Assembly: GCA_016178595.1 (NCBI GenBank) | Contig: JACOSY010000013.1 | Location: 153,181 to 217,180, forward strand | DNA from: Ignavibacteria bacterium | GTDB taxonomy: Bacteria > Bacteroidota > Ignavibacteria > UBA10030 > SZUA-254 | Direction: 5' to 3' | Length of the DNA stretch: 64,000 nucleotides | Part shown: one piece after another, positions 20,509 through 29,730 of the stretch | How positions within the stretch are numbered: the first letter of the stretch is position 1 | Layout: each line of letters starts with the position of its first letter | Translations under genes and position numbers: made by a program | The notes under the pieces: generated by a model | Databases searched by the model: none | Told to the model about the DNA's origin: nothing | The model's input: the letters and a program-made list of their open reading frames with translations, nothing else

Positions 20509-20893
20509 CGAACAGTCGTGCGACGTACGATCGAGGATCGATCCTTCCCCCGATCTTCGGGTACGGAGTGAGTCGCTTGAGATCAATCCGGTAACCCGCA
20601 AAGGAGATTGATCGCGGGTCAAGCGTTGTGTTAAGCACCGCGTCCATTGCGATAGCGTTTGGTCTCTCGAGTCGCAGCCGTATTCGTGCGTTTCCCTCCC
20701 ACAAGCATTCGACGCCTTCCGGACAGCGCGAATCTTCGTCGACACGCGTGAAAATGATGTTAAGCGATTCGCCCTGAATGGCGGCGCGCTCTTCTACCGT
20801 AAGGTCGAACTCTTGACTCAATGGAACCGTCTCAACAGGGCCGGGTGCGCAAGTGATTGCTGCGAAGCAAAAAAGGAACAGGAAAGATTTCAT
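20498..20893 (-). CDS. Exported or lipoprotein hypothetical protein
   Basis: MKSFLFLFCFAAITC signal; EDSRCPEGVECLWEG motif; RBS AGGAG. Confidence 0.7.
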   Translation of the reverse strand: MKSFLFLFCFAAITCAPGPVETVPLSQEFDLTVEERAAIQGESLNIIFTRVDEDSRCPEGVECLWEGNARIRLRLERPNAIAMDAVLNTTLDPRSISFAGYRIDLKRLTPYPKIGGRIDPRSYVARLFVTK

Positions 20894-21005
20894 AGAGTAC
20901 TCCTGAATGATCATATTCAGGCGGGCGTTGATGATCCGTAAATGTATACCACGAACTGATGTCAATTGTTCCAACATGATGGAACATCCAAGCAAACGCC
21001 TCGAA

Positions 21006-21347
21006 TTAGAATGGAATTTCAGATTCCCAGCCGTCAAACTCTGCGTAGTACGAAGCCGAGAGATCTACTAACCAGTCGCAAAGTGTCTCAAACGTATCGT
21101 CGATCGGGATTAACTCTTTGCGTGCAAGACAGAGCCAATGATCGGTGCCCGACTCTTCCACGGTCACCTCGAACTCTTTTCGCTGAAGTTCTGCGGCGAG
21201 CAGGTATGCTTGGCGCTCATCATCCAGATAAAAATAAAAGTCGATCGGATGCTTGTGGCTGACGTCCGAGCCAAATCGTTCGAGTTGCGCTCGAATATGC
21301 TTGCCCTGATGCTGAGAATCCATATGACCTCCACGTTTGCGATTCAT
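21006..21347 (-). CDS. RraB-like (ribonuclease E inhibitor) domain protein
   Basis: HPIDFYFY...AEFDGWE pattern; start may be ATG 21323. Confidence 0.7.
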   Translation of the reverse strand: MNRKRGGHMDSQHQGKHIRAQLERFGSDVSHKHPIDFYFYLDDERQAYLLAAELQRKEFEVTVEESGTDHWLCLARKELIPIDDTFETLCDWLVDLSASYYAEFDGWESEIPF

Positions 21348-21407
21348 GATTGGACAGAAGAAAAGTAGGAAGGTCTCAGATCAATAGCAAGGGCAAGACG
21401 GGTGTTG

Positions 21408-22547
21408 TTAGTTCGATGAAGCTTCGGCGGCACCGGCAACTTTCTGCGCCGAGCCGAGACTTTCCGAAGCGAAATCAAAACTTTTCTCCCCTCGTTCCAG
21501 GCTGAGCAATGCCTCCTTTCTGCGAAGCCCGCCGCCGTAACCGCCAAGCTCGCCATTCTTGTTGACGACGCGGTGACAGGGGATGACGATTGCAATGCGG
21601 TTCATCCCGTTTGCCGTACCTACTGCCCTGACTGCATTCGGCGAGCCGATCCTCTTCGCGATGTCTTCGTACGATGTCGTCATGCCGTAGGGAATCTTCA
21701 GCAGCTCATTCCAGACTTGCTGCTGGAACGGACTTCCCGGATAGATGAGTTGTATCGAAAATTTCCTTCGATTACCTTCGAAGTACTCGTGCAATTCATC
21801 GTTCAATTGCTGGATGTGTTTGTTGCTTCCCGGAACGATCGCACACTTGAAATGCCGGCGTAGTGTCGTCACTTGTGCCTCCAGCATACGCCGGTCGGTA
21901 AATTCGAGAAAACAAATTCCACGGGAATTTGCGCCTGCAATCAACGGTCCGAGCGGACTCTCGATCCACGCGGCGACGATGCATTCCGTATCGCGGCTCT
22001 TTCCCGGCGGCGTGCCGAAGGTTTTCACGAACGCATCGCGGAAGCCGCTGTGAGAATTGTATCCGAAACCAAGCGCAACGTCGTCGAGATCTTCACCGAG
22101 CCGGATCTGTTCCAGCGATTTGCCGAGTCGTCTGCCGCGGCAGTACGCCTGAAACGTCATGCCGTAATTCTTGAGGAAATATCGCCGTGCCCGTGCGGGA
22201 TCGATCTCCATCGCACGAACATCGGCATCGGTGAGTCTCACCGTGGGATCGTTGTCAATTGTTGCAAGAAGTTTCGCGACCCACTCCGGTGGCGTGCCGT
22301 TTGGCTGAAGAGGCCGGCAGCGCTTGCACGGGCGGTAGCCGGCGAAGATCGCTTCACGCGGCGAGGCGTAGTACTCGACGTTCTTCGGCTCCGGTTTCCG
22401 CGCCTGACACGATGGCTTGCAAAAGATCCCGGTCGTGCGGACGGCGAGAATGAAGATGCCATCGTACGACGAATCGCTCTGTCTGTATGCGCGCTGCATT
22501 TCGGAAATGGGCGGAAGAGTTTGTGTTTGCATTGATCGGTCTTTCAT
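21408..22547 (-). CDS. ada: Bifunctional transcriptional activator / O6-methylguanine methyltransferase Ada
   Basis: GIFCKPSC...RPCKRC Zn site, AraC-type HTH, IPCHRV active site. Confidence 0.95.
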   Translation of the reverse strand: MKDRSMQTQTLPPISEMQRAYRQSDSSYDGIFILAVRTTGIFCKPSCQARKPEPKNVEYYASPREAIFAGYRPCKRCRPLQPNGTPPEWVAKLLATIDNDPTVRLTDADVRAMEIDPARARRYFLKNYGMTFQAYCRGRRLGKSLEQIRLGEDLDDVALGFGYNSHSGFRDAFVKTFGTPPGKSRDTECIVAAWIESPLGPLIAGANSRGICFLEFTDRRMLEAQVTTLRRHFKCAIVPGSNKHIQQLNDELHEYFEGNRRKFSIQLIYPGSPFQQQVWNELLKIPYGMTTSYEDIAKRIGSPNAVRAVGTANGMNRIAIVIPCHRVVNKNGELGGYGGGLRRKEALLSLERGEKSFDFASESLGSAQKVAGAAEASSN

Positions 22548-22715
22548 TGTATGATACCATCAATATAATGGATTGACGAGAAAGACTCCACCGAAAAATG
22601 GACGGGGAAGTTGGTGGTCGGGACTGGAGAATGTAAGTAGTCTAATGCTAAACCAGCCTCTTCACAGAAGGGCGTTACGAAAAAGAGTCAAACATACCTG
22701 CGCTTGTTAACGAAG

Positions 22716-22814
22716 TCATCCGCCTGAAGAGCTTGGAGGATTCTGTGTGGATGTTGGCTTAGGACGAGGCGGAGGTTTCGGCGGAGGATTTGGAGCACCA
22801 GTCTTTACACCCAT
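22716..22814 (-). CDS. Unannotated 32-aa proline-rich peptide
   Basis: MGVKTGAPNPPPKPPPRPKPTSTQNPPSSSGG*; AGGAG RBS; 22 nt after the SLATT-like stop. Confidence 0.55.
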   Translation of the reverse strand: MGVKTGAPNPPPKPPPRPKPTSTQNPPSSSGG

Positions 22815-22836
22815 TTTCGTGTTCTCCTATATTAGT

Positions 22837-23277
22837 CTAAGTGTTCTGCAATCGCTTGTTCAATGTCTCTTGAACTAGACGATAGACCCGCTTCGTAAGA
22901 AATGGGTCTACCTTTGTGACCTGATAAGCATCTGCGAATCGTTTGCGTAGAATACCCAGCGACTTACTGTATTCGTCTATGGAAAAGTCAGGAAAAAATC
23001 TCATTTGATTAAGAAAACTTTCTATCTCGATTCGAAGAGAACTAAACTGACTCCGGGCTGATCCCTCATCGGTTAGCTTCCGGGAGACGTCGAGAGCCTT
23101 GTGAACGATCGCCAAAAGCGCTCCAACGCTTGCCAGAAGGACCCATACAAGTTTGTAATCAGGGTTATTCCAAAGTGTCCATCCAGAGATCGCAGACCCC
23201 GAGGTTGTAAGAGCTAGCATTACCTTTGAGATCTCGTCGAACCGTTGCCACCGCAACACTATCCTTTCCGCCAGTAA
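22837..23277 (-). pseudogene. 3' part of an interrupted SLATT-like two-TM gene
   Basis: LLAERIVLRWQRFDEISK, two hydrophobic segments and a helical tail; begins exactly at the TT of the attC crossover. Confidence 0.8.
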
Positions 23278-23401
23278 CGTTTAGCAAAACACCGCAGCAC
23301 TTTTGCGAGCTATAAACGATCCATTTTCCGCGAGCAAAAGTGTTGAGCGCCAACAATAATTCATATCAAAAGATGGAGCGTCGGTGTTTTGCTTGTTATG
23401 C
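23272..23401 (-). mobile_element. Integron attC site
   Basis: R'' GCATAAC overlapping the HNH stop; arms AGCAAAACACCG/CGGTGTTTTGCT; inner CACTTTTGC/GCAAAAGTG; R' GTT at 23278. Confidence 0.85.
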
Positions 23402-23979
23402 GCCGCTGCCGCCGTGTGATTTGTAGCTTGCCAGAAACCTTTCAATCTCAGTTCGTAGTGCCCGAACTTTACCGAGAAGAATCTCGTACTGTTGATTCTC
23501 TTCCTTGGAGAGGCGAGATGTGAGAGGTCTTGGTTGATATCCAAAGGACTTCACGTAACTTTTGAGTTTGTTTATCCGCTCATCCAAGTCTTGGACGCCA
23601 CGAGACCGTGGAGACTTCGGAGCGTTTCCTAACATCCACTTTTCAAAATGCGTGTGCTGTTTGGAGTCGTCGCACGGCTGGCAAGCTGGAACAATATTGC
23701 CGATGACGGTTTCTCCACCTTCTTTGAGTGGAGTAAGGTGATCCCATCTCTCTGGTTCGGCACTACCACAGAAGACACATTCCTCTTTACCGTCATTGAA
23801 AAAGAATCGCTTGACCTTCTCGGCTTCTTCTTTAGCCAAATCGGCTCGTGGAGAGTCCGTCGGCAAGGGAACGCTCGATCATTGAGAAGGCAATGCTAAG
23901 CCCACCGTCTGGTGGAAAGTTCGGGTCACGCATACAGTCTCCTCAATCATTTAGAAATGAAGGCGGCAGTGGCGTATAA
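23278..23979 (-). mobile_element. Integron gene cassette (702 bp) inserted inside a gene
   Basis: Cassette start GTTATACGCCACTGCCGCC is 17/19 complementary to GGCGGCAGCGGCGCATAAC at R''; excision at G|TT restores the host ORF. Confidence 0.85.
23396..23933 (-). pseudogene. HNH endonuclease with apparent one-base frameshift
   Basis: CVFC..WDH..GNIVPACQPC; GAGGAG-ATG at 23933 opens a 33-aa ORF that stops at 23832, one base out of frame with the HNH body. Confidence 0.7.
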
Positions 23980-24051
23980 CTCCTGGAAGTACGTGTCGTA
24001 ATAGGTCTTCCATGTTGCTTCCCATAATTCGTCACGCGGATCAAAATCCAA
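23980..24051 (-). pseudogene. 5' part of the interrupted SLATT-like gene
   Basis: TTG start after GGAGGACGAGG; MDFDPRDELWEATWKTYYDTYFQE joins in frame to 23277. Confidence 0.8.
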
Positions 24052-24100
24052 GGTTCCTCGTCCTCCGGAGTTAAAATCGCTTTGATTGACTTACCTAAGT

Positions 24101-24129
24101 AATGTACAACTAGTTTCAATTACAGTCAA
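24101..24129 (-). promoter_or_regulatory. Sigma70 promoter of the SLATT-like locus
   Basis: TTGACT-N17-TACATT, same hexamers as the rplU promoter in this window. Confidence 0.65.
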
Positions 24130-24172
24130 GATAAGATCAAAATCTCGACTACCGCGGAATCAATTCTTCTCG

Positions 24173-24328
24173 TCAACATTCATTCTTCACCCACACCGTC
24201 TTTACATTCACGAACTCACGGATGCCGGCGACGCTCAGCTCGCGCCCGTAATCGGAATTCTTCACGCTGCCGAATGGAAGCCGTGGATCGGAGGCAACCA
24301 TTCCGTTGATGAACGCCTGTCCCGCTTC
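24173..24328 (-). pseudogene. C-terminal remnant of an aldehyde (succinate-semialdehyde-type) dehydrogenase
   Basis: [47 protein letters not shown]; rest of the gene absent. Confidence 0.85.
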
Positions 24329-24345
24329 TCACCCTCATCGCTTAT

Positions 24346-25086
24346 TCATTCGTTCCTGCAAATTGCCAGCAGGTCGATTGCGTCGCGTGCTATATCGGTC
24401 GTCATCACGCGAAAGTTAGTCATGTCTAAAGCCGCGCCTGCAATTTTCTTGATGGAGCTTGTTCTCTTGAATAATCTCCCGACGTGCCGGTAGAATGGGA
24501 GACTCTGCATGACGACGCGCAGTCGATTGGGAGCAGCGTAGCCGACGCCGTGCAAATTGAATGATCGAAACTTCGTTGAGAGAAGATGTTCGAACTGTTG
24601 ATAGTTCATCTCACTGTAGTGAAATGGATTCGCGTTGGATGCCTTGGTGGGCGTGCGGACGTTGGGCGTTGAGATGATAATTGTTCCACCCGGCTCCACG
24701 ATATTTTTGATTTGATCGATGAATGTGCCCGGAGCGGAGAGATGTTCGATGACCTGAAACGATACTGCAACATCAAACCGACGATCGAGTGAAAGGCTCG
24801 CCGCATCCATTTGTGCATAGCGGATATTTGACGCGGGGTAATTCTTCCGGCAAAAGTCAATTGCCCGTGCGTCGTGATCGATGCCCTGAACGAATGCCGC
24901 GCTTTCGGCAAGCATCTTACAGCCGTAGCCGGTACCGCAGCCGAGGTCGATAACGGATTTCCCTTCGACGAATTGCCGGGCATACTGGTAGGCAAACCGG
25001 TGACGTGCAAAGACAAAGCTGACTTCTCCGTCGCCTGTCGGAATCATCCGCTCGCCGGTATCGTTCAGCAAGTGTTCGTTGTTCAT
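24346..25086 (-). CDS. Class I SAM-dependent methyltransferase
   Basis: TGERMIP, DLGCGTGYG, SFQVIEH, ISTPN, NPFH. Confidence 0.9.
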   Translation of the reverse strand: MNNEHLLNDTGERMIPTGDGEVSFVFARHRFAYQYARQFVEGKSVIDLGCGTGYGCKMLAESAAFVQGIDHDARAIDFCRKNYPASNIRYAQMDAASLSLDRRFDVAVSFQVIEHLSAPGTFIDQIKNIVEPGGTIIISTPNVRTPTKASNANPFHYSEMNYQQFEHLLSTKFRSFNLHGVGYAAPNRLRVVMQSLPFYRHVGRLFKRTSSIKKIAGAALDMTNFRVMTTDIARDAIDLLAICRNE

Positions 25087-25152
25087 ACGAAAGAAATGTA
25101 GGAAGATGATAAGTCATTTCCAACGGAGCAATAAATTTCCTATCTTTCTTCC

Positions 25153-25710
25153 ATGCAGACGCTATCCTATCCTCCAGCGATCGCGAAACTGATCGAGCAA
25201 CGACCAAGGATGCCGCTTGTCGCCGGTACGCCGGATCCATCGGTCAGCGAACAACTTGATAGCGCAATGATTGAGAGGCTTTTCGGGAAGGAAGTGATTC
25301 ACGACCGAACCGCAGCGCGGCTGTGCCTTGCCGGCCTCTGGCTATTGTACGATCATCTCGACGAATGCCATTCGATCGCGCAATCCATCGAGACTTCGGA
25401 TGGAAGCTACTGGCACGCCATCATGCATAGACGGGAGGGAGATTTTTCGAACAGCAAATACTGGTATCACCGTGTGGGCGATCACCCTATCTTCCCGGCG
25501 CTCCTCGAGGAAACAACAAGGCTTGTGGGAGGAGTTGGTGTCCTACCGTTGTTCCTCGAGACACACTGGGATCCGTTCGCATTCGTCGATCTTGTTGGAA
25601 GAACCTTTCGGGGACAATCAAACTCTGAGAAGCTCTGCCGGGATATCCAACAAACAGAGTGGCAGTTACTGTTCGATCATTGTTATCGAAAAGCAATCGA
25701 GAGCAGATAG
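25153..25710 (+). CDS. Conserved hypothetical helical protein
   Basis: HSIAQ...YWHAIMHRREGDFSNSKYW; host-like codon usage. Confidence 0.75.
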   Translation: MQTLSYPPAIAKLIEQRPRMPLVAGTPDPSVSEQLDSAMIERLFGKEVIHDRTAARLCLAGLWLLYDHLDECHSIAQSIETSDGSYWHAIMHRREGDFSNSKYWYHRVGDHPIFPALLEETTRLVGGVGVLPLFLETHWDPFAFVDLVGRTFRGQSNSEKLCRDIQQTEWQLLFDHCYRKAIESR

Positions 25711-25812
25711 AAAAACTAATCCAAAAGAAGTCATTGCAATTCATTGTTGAAATCGCGACGATCGCGACGATTGCGATTGATAAAAAATCCATCATGACAA
25801 AAGGACGACGAG

Positions 25813-26406
25813 GTGGATAAACCTGCGACCAGGATTCAAGTACAGGGCCGGTGTTCCTGGGGGAACAGCGATCCGCTCTACACACTCTATCACGATCGCG
25901 AATGGGGCGTGCCCGTACACGATGATCGAAAGTTATTCGAGATGCTCTGTCTCGAAGGAGCGCAGGCAGGCTTGAGCTGGATTACCATTCTCCGGAAGCG
26001 CGAGAATTACCGGAAAGCGTTCGACAATTTTGATACGAAGAAGATCGTGAAGTACGACCGTAAGAAGATCACTCAACTGTTGAAGAATGACGGCATCGTG
26101 CGAAACAAGTTGAAGATCGAATCGGTCGTGCTCAACGCGAAAGCGTTTCAAGTCGCGCAAAAGGAGTTCGGCAGCTTCGATGCGTACATCTGGCAGTTTG
26201 TGGGAGGAACAACAAAACAGAATTCACGGAAGACAATGAAAGACGTTCTACCGACGACGGACGAATCGGATACGATGAGCAAGGATTTAAAAAAGCGCGG
26301 GTTCAAGTTCGTCGGCTCGACGATCTGTTACGCGTTTATGCAGGCAACTGGGATGGTGAACGATCACGTAACCGACTGCTTTCGTTATAAGGGATTGAAA
26401 AAGTAG
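25813..26406 (+). CDS. tag: DNA-3-methyladenine glycosylase I
   Basis: YHDREWG, LEGAQAGLSW, GFKFVGSTICYAFMQATGMVNDH. Confidence 0.96.
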   Translation: MDKPATRIQVQGRCSWGNSDPLYTLYHDREWGVPVHDDRKLFEMLCLEGAQAGLSWITILRKRENYRKAFDNFDTKKIVKYDRKKITQLLKNDGIVRNKLKIESVVLNAKAFQVAQKEFGSFDAYIWQFVGGTTKQNSRKTMKDVLPTTDESDTMSKDLKKRGFKFVGSTICYAFMQATGMVNDHVTDCFRYKGLKK

Positions 26407-26439
26407 TTGGACGTTTTAAGCATTCTCGCCATCACGAAA

Positions 26440-26535
26440 GAATTCGAAATCCGAATATCTAAATGCTAAACAATAGCTAAATTCAAATTATCAATGTAAA
26501 AACAACACAATGCTTTTTTTTGCTTTTAGCATTTA
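26440..26535. repeat. AT-rich degenerate heptamer repeat with inverted arm
   Basis: GAATTCGAAATCCGAATATCTAAATGCTAAAC...; CTAAATGCTAAA pairs with TTTAGCATTTAG. Confidence 0.55.
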
Positions 26536-26583
26536 GTGCTTCATTATCTCAACGACAATTTCCAACCCAATTGCATTAAACTC

Positions 26584-27420
26584 ATGACAGAAAAAATCAT
26601 CCGCGTCGGCCACAGCCCCGATCCCGACGACGCGTTCATGTTCTACGGACTTGCAAGCGGCAAAGTAAAACTCGATGGCATCACGATCGAGCATCGGTTG
26701 GAAGATATTCAATCGCTTAACGAGCGCGCGATGAGGACGGAGTTGGAGGTTACTGCAATCTCCGCCCACACATTTCCGTACGTTGCCGATAACTATTGGA
26801 TCATGCGGACCGGCGCAAGCATGGGCGAGGGATACGGGCCCGTCATCATCTCACGCAAATACAAATCGCTTGATGAGTTGAAAGGAAAAGTCGTTGGAAC
26901 ACCGGGACCGCTGACGACGGCGACGCTGCTGTTCAAGATTTTCACTGATGGCATCATGAATGTCGATCTGCCGTTCGACAAAATCATGCAGGCCGTCGAT
27001 GATGGAAAAGTAGATGCCGGATTGCTGATCCACGAAGGGCAGATTACGTATCAATCGCTCGGCTATAATAAGGTTTTGGATTTCGGAGAATTATGGGAGG
27101 AACGAACGAACGGTCTTCCTCTTCCCCTCGGTCTTGACGTTGTGCGGAAAGATTTGGGCGAAGAGCTTGCGCGAAAACTTTCTCGCGGACTCAAAGAGAG
27201 TATCGCCTATGGTTACGCACATCAGGATGAATCCATTCCCTATGCCATGCAGTGGGGACGCGGGATCGATTACACGCTGGGCGAAAAATTCGTGAAGATG
27301 TATGTGACCGAGTTAACGATTGACATGGGGGAGCGAGGAAAGCGGGCACTGGAGTTGTTGTTTAAGACTGGGAGTGACAGAAAGCTGATTCCTAGGGTTC
27401 CAGAGATTCAGTTGTTGTAA
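26584..27420 (+). CDS. mqnD: 1,4-dihydroxy-6-naphthoate synthase (MqnA/MqnD family)
   Basis: GHSPDPDDAFMFY, SMGEGYGP, LIHEGQ, LPLPLG; futalosine genes nearby. Confidence 0.85.
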   Translation: MTEKIIRVGHSPDPDDAFMFYGLASGKVKLDGITIEHRLEDIQSLNERAMRTELEVTAISAHTFPYVADNYWIMRTGASMGEGYGPVIISRKYKSLDELKGKVVGTPGPLTTATLLFKIFTDGIMNVDLPFDKIMQAVDDGKVDAGLLIHEGQITYQSLGYNKVLDFGELWEERTNGLPLPLGLDVVRKDLGEELARKLSRGLKESIAYGYAHQDESIPYAMQWGRGIDYTLGEKFVKMYVTELTIDMGERGKRALELLFKTGSDRKLIPRVPEIQLL

Positions 27421-27496
27421 AGGCACCCTTTTGAAACTCTAAACATCTGGAATCTGCTAAATCTACTTAATCTTAGATATTGTTACCAGAGAGGAT

Positions 27497-27525
27497 TTGC
27501 TTGTGTATTTCACAATGCGTAAGAT
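27497..27525 (+). promoter_or_regulatory. Candidate sigma70 promoter upstream of the cassette pair
   Basis: TTGCTT-N17-TAAGAT. Confidence 0.45.
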
Positions 27526-27649
27526 ATAAGAGATCAAACTGTCAGTATCATTGTCACTTGGACGTGAAAGATTACTCTCATCGATGGTAATACGCTGTTG
27601 CCCGTGGTTATCCCAATCTAAAGTAGTGCTATTAGAACGTTGAGTAACA

Positions 27650-28768
27650 ATGGAACAAAAGGAAGATTCTGAAAACCTCAAGTTTTGGGAGTGGGTTAGA
27701 AAACGAGTTTACCCCAGGCCCTTGCTCGCGGGAATTGCGCTGATTCTTTCCCTGCTTTTTGCAGCATGGCAGCTTCGTCCGCATGACATATCATTAAATC
27801 TTCACCTCATTCACCAGTGGGAACTCCAACTTCAACTCAGCGATACATTGATATACACTAAACACACCGTTCATGCTCAAGATACTGTATATACTCCGAA
27901 GGACACGATATGCATGATGTGGTGGCAGAAGTACAAAAAGGCGTATAATCAGCAAGAGAGACAAGATATTCAAGACAGCTATTACCAGAAGATCGCAGGA
28001 GTCCATCTGATCCAAATTGCAGTATGTTTTCTTCTCATTGCACTCACACCTCGGCCAACCGAAAGTAAATCCGCTACATCATTCCGGAACAAACCGATCA
28101 CCCTTAAAGCCTGCCTTCGAGTGCGTTGGAGTGTTCGAGTAGTATTCAGCATCTGGATCTTGTACTACCTTGGTGCGTGTATTGCGGACTTACAGTACGA
28201 AAGTTCTGACAATCTGCGATACGCGCTTTCAACAATGTTTGATATTTGGTCAGGAACGGCATTAATATGGCTTTACTTAGAGCTATCGTGCATCACTGTA
28301 AATCCTTATACGACATCAATTGAATACCAATCTCACTTTGACGGCGAATGGCATCGCATGTTGTCCATTATTATCGCCATTTGTGTGACTGCAGCAGCTT
28401 GGATTATTGCGTATGCCTCCTCGGATACTCTTCCGCTCTGGAATAACGAATCAGCAAGACAAATCCTTACTTTTCTTACTTCAAGCCTTGCGGGGATTGC
28501 ATTCGCCTTGGTTGTGAGTTGCCTAAGTCGCCTGATGCTAGACCCTGGTCCAGCCTTCCTCGGTATCATGTACTTCTACGCGATGATTCAACTGACGGCG
28601 GTTATGTTTGGCACTCAAAAATGGGTTTACGTAGCTGCCACAACGGTAGCGTTGCCCCTAAAAGTAATATTCTGGCTTATTTTCGTCTGGCAGTTTGAGA
28701 CTGGACGAATGTGGAACTACTTGCGTGATTACCGTAGTTTTTTGCTGAAGAATTCGATCACCTCATAG
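27650..28768 (+). CDS. Hypothetical multi-pass membrane protein (putative cassette gene)
   Basis: 372 aa, about eight hydrophobic segments, AT-rich; flanked by GTTGAGT (27639) and GCTTAAC (28783). Confidence 0.75.
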   Translation: MEQKEDSENLKFWEWVRKRVYPRPLLAGIALILSLLFAAWQLRPHDISLNLHLIHQWELQLQLSDTLIYTKHTVHAQDTVYTPKDTICMMWWQKYKKAYNQQERQDIQDSYYQKIAGVHLIQIAVCFLLIALTPRPTESKSATSFRNKPITLKACLRVRWSVRVVFSIWILYYLGACIADLQYESSDNLRYALSTMFDIWSGTALIWLYLELSCITVNPYTTSIEYQSHFDGEWHRMLSIIIAICVTAAAWIIAYASSDTLPLWNNESARQILTFLTSSLAGIAFALVVSCLSRLMLDPGPAFLGIMYFYAMIQLTAVMFGTQKWVYVAATTVALPLKVIFWLIFVWQFETGRMWNYLRDYRSFLLKNSITS

Positions 28769-28782
28769 ACAGATGGGATTTT

Positions 28783-28908
28783 GCTTAACAACTGCGTGAA
28801 GACGCAAAGCACGATGCGCCTTGCGCCGCCTCCACCTACTTGTAACGTTAGGAGTTTCGTTAAGCGCAATCGGCCGCCGCGGCCCGCAGTTGATGCGCGG
28901 CATTCGCC
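28783..28908 (+). mobile_element. Degenerate attC-like site
   Basis: GCTTAACAACTGCG ... CGCAGTTGATGCGCGGCATTCGCC; R' not canonical; alternative GTTAAGC at 28859. Confidence 0.5.
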
Positions 28909-28923
28909 TTAAAAGGAAAACAG

Positions 28924-29730
28924 ATGAACAACGATAAACCGATTTGCTTCGTCATCCAAGAGTATGACGATGGCGGCACATTCGACAGGCGCTATCACGA
29001 AACTATCGCGCCAGCCCTGTCAAAGGCGGGAGTTGAGCCAAAGCGTGCCGACCAAATTCTCGGGCTCCAACCGGTCGTTGAAAAAATCGAGGTTGCGATA
29101 CAATCTGCCGGTATTTGCGTTGCCGAAGTCAGCACAGACAATCCAAATGTATGGCTGGAACTGGGCTACGCACTTGCATTGGATAGACCCACTGTCATTC
29201 TCTGTGACAAGAGTAAGCGATCTCGACTCCCGTTTGATATCCAGCATCGTCCCGTCATTTTCTATCGTACTGATTCGCGAAGCGGATTTGACGAGCTGGA
29301 ATCCAAACTGATTGTCAATGTTCAGTCTGAGATAGATCGAGCGAATCGAATCACTCGCGCGCCGGTGCTTAAAGGCGGCGCTACTCAGTTGGAAGATCTG
29401 AAGGATTTTGAAGTCGCGCTCTTGAGCACGCTGTTGGCTCTCTGGCCCACGCCGCGTAGTGGTGCATCGCATGACGAGCTTCGGCAAAAACTGTCTTCGC
29501 TAGAGTACAATGATGTGGCGCTAGGCCTCGGAATTTCGCGACTTCTCGAAAAGGGATATGTCACACAAAAAATACTACACGAGACAGACAGCTGGAATAA
29601 TGATTATTCAATTCATGTATACCAAATTACCCTTGATGGCATCTCGTGGATTCAGGCACATGAAGACAAGATTCAAATTCGAGAAGTAGTAAAGGATTCG
29701 GCGACAACAAAGGATGATTTACCATTCTAG
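28924..29730 (+). CDS. Nucleoside 2-deoxyribosyltransferase-like domain protein with probable C-terminal winged helix
   Basis: CFVIQ...RAD...VAEVSTDNPNVWLELGYALAL...LPFDI. Confidence 0.8.
   Translation: MNNDKPICFVIQEYDDGGTFDRRYHETIAPALSKAGVEPKRADQILGLQPVVEKIEVAIQSAGICVAEVSTDNPNVWLELGYALALDRPTVILCDKSKRSRLPFDIQHRPVIFYRTDSRSGFDELESKLIVNVQSEIDRANRITRAPVLKGGATQLEDLKDFEVALLSTLLALWPTPRSGASHDELRQKLSSLEYNDVALGLGISRLLEKGYVTQKILHETDSWNNDYSIHVYQITLDGISWIQAHEDKIQIREVVKDSATTKDDLPF

Noticed and set aside
24086-24493. 135-aa plus-strand ORF
   Set aside because: Antisense of the dehydrogenase remnant and the methyltransferase end
25750-25780. Short ATCGCGACG tandem repeat
   Set aside because: Only two to three degenerate units with no spacers; not CRISPR and too weak to call an element
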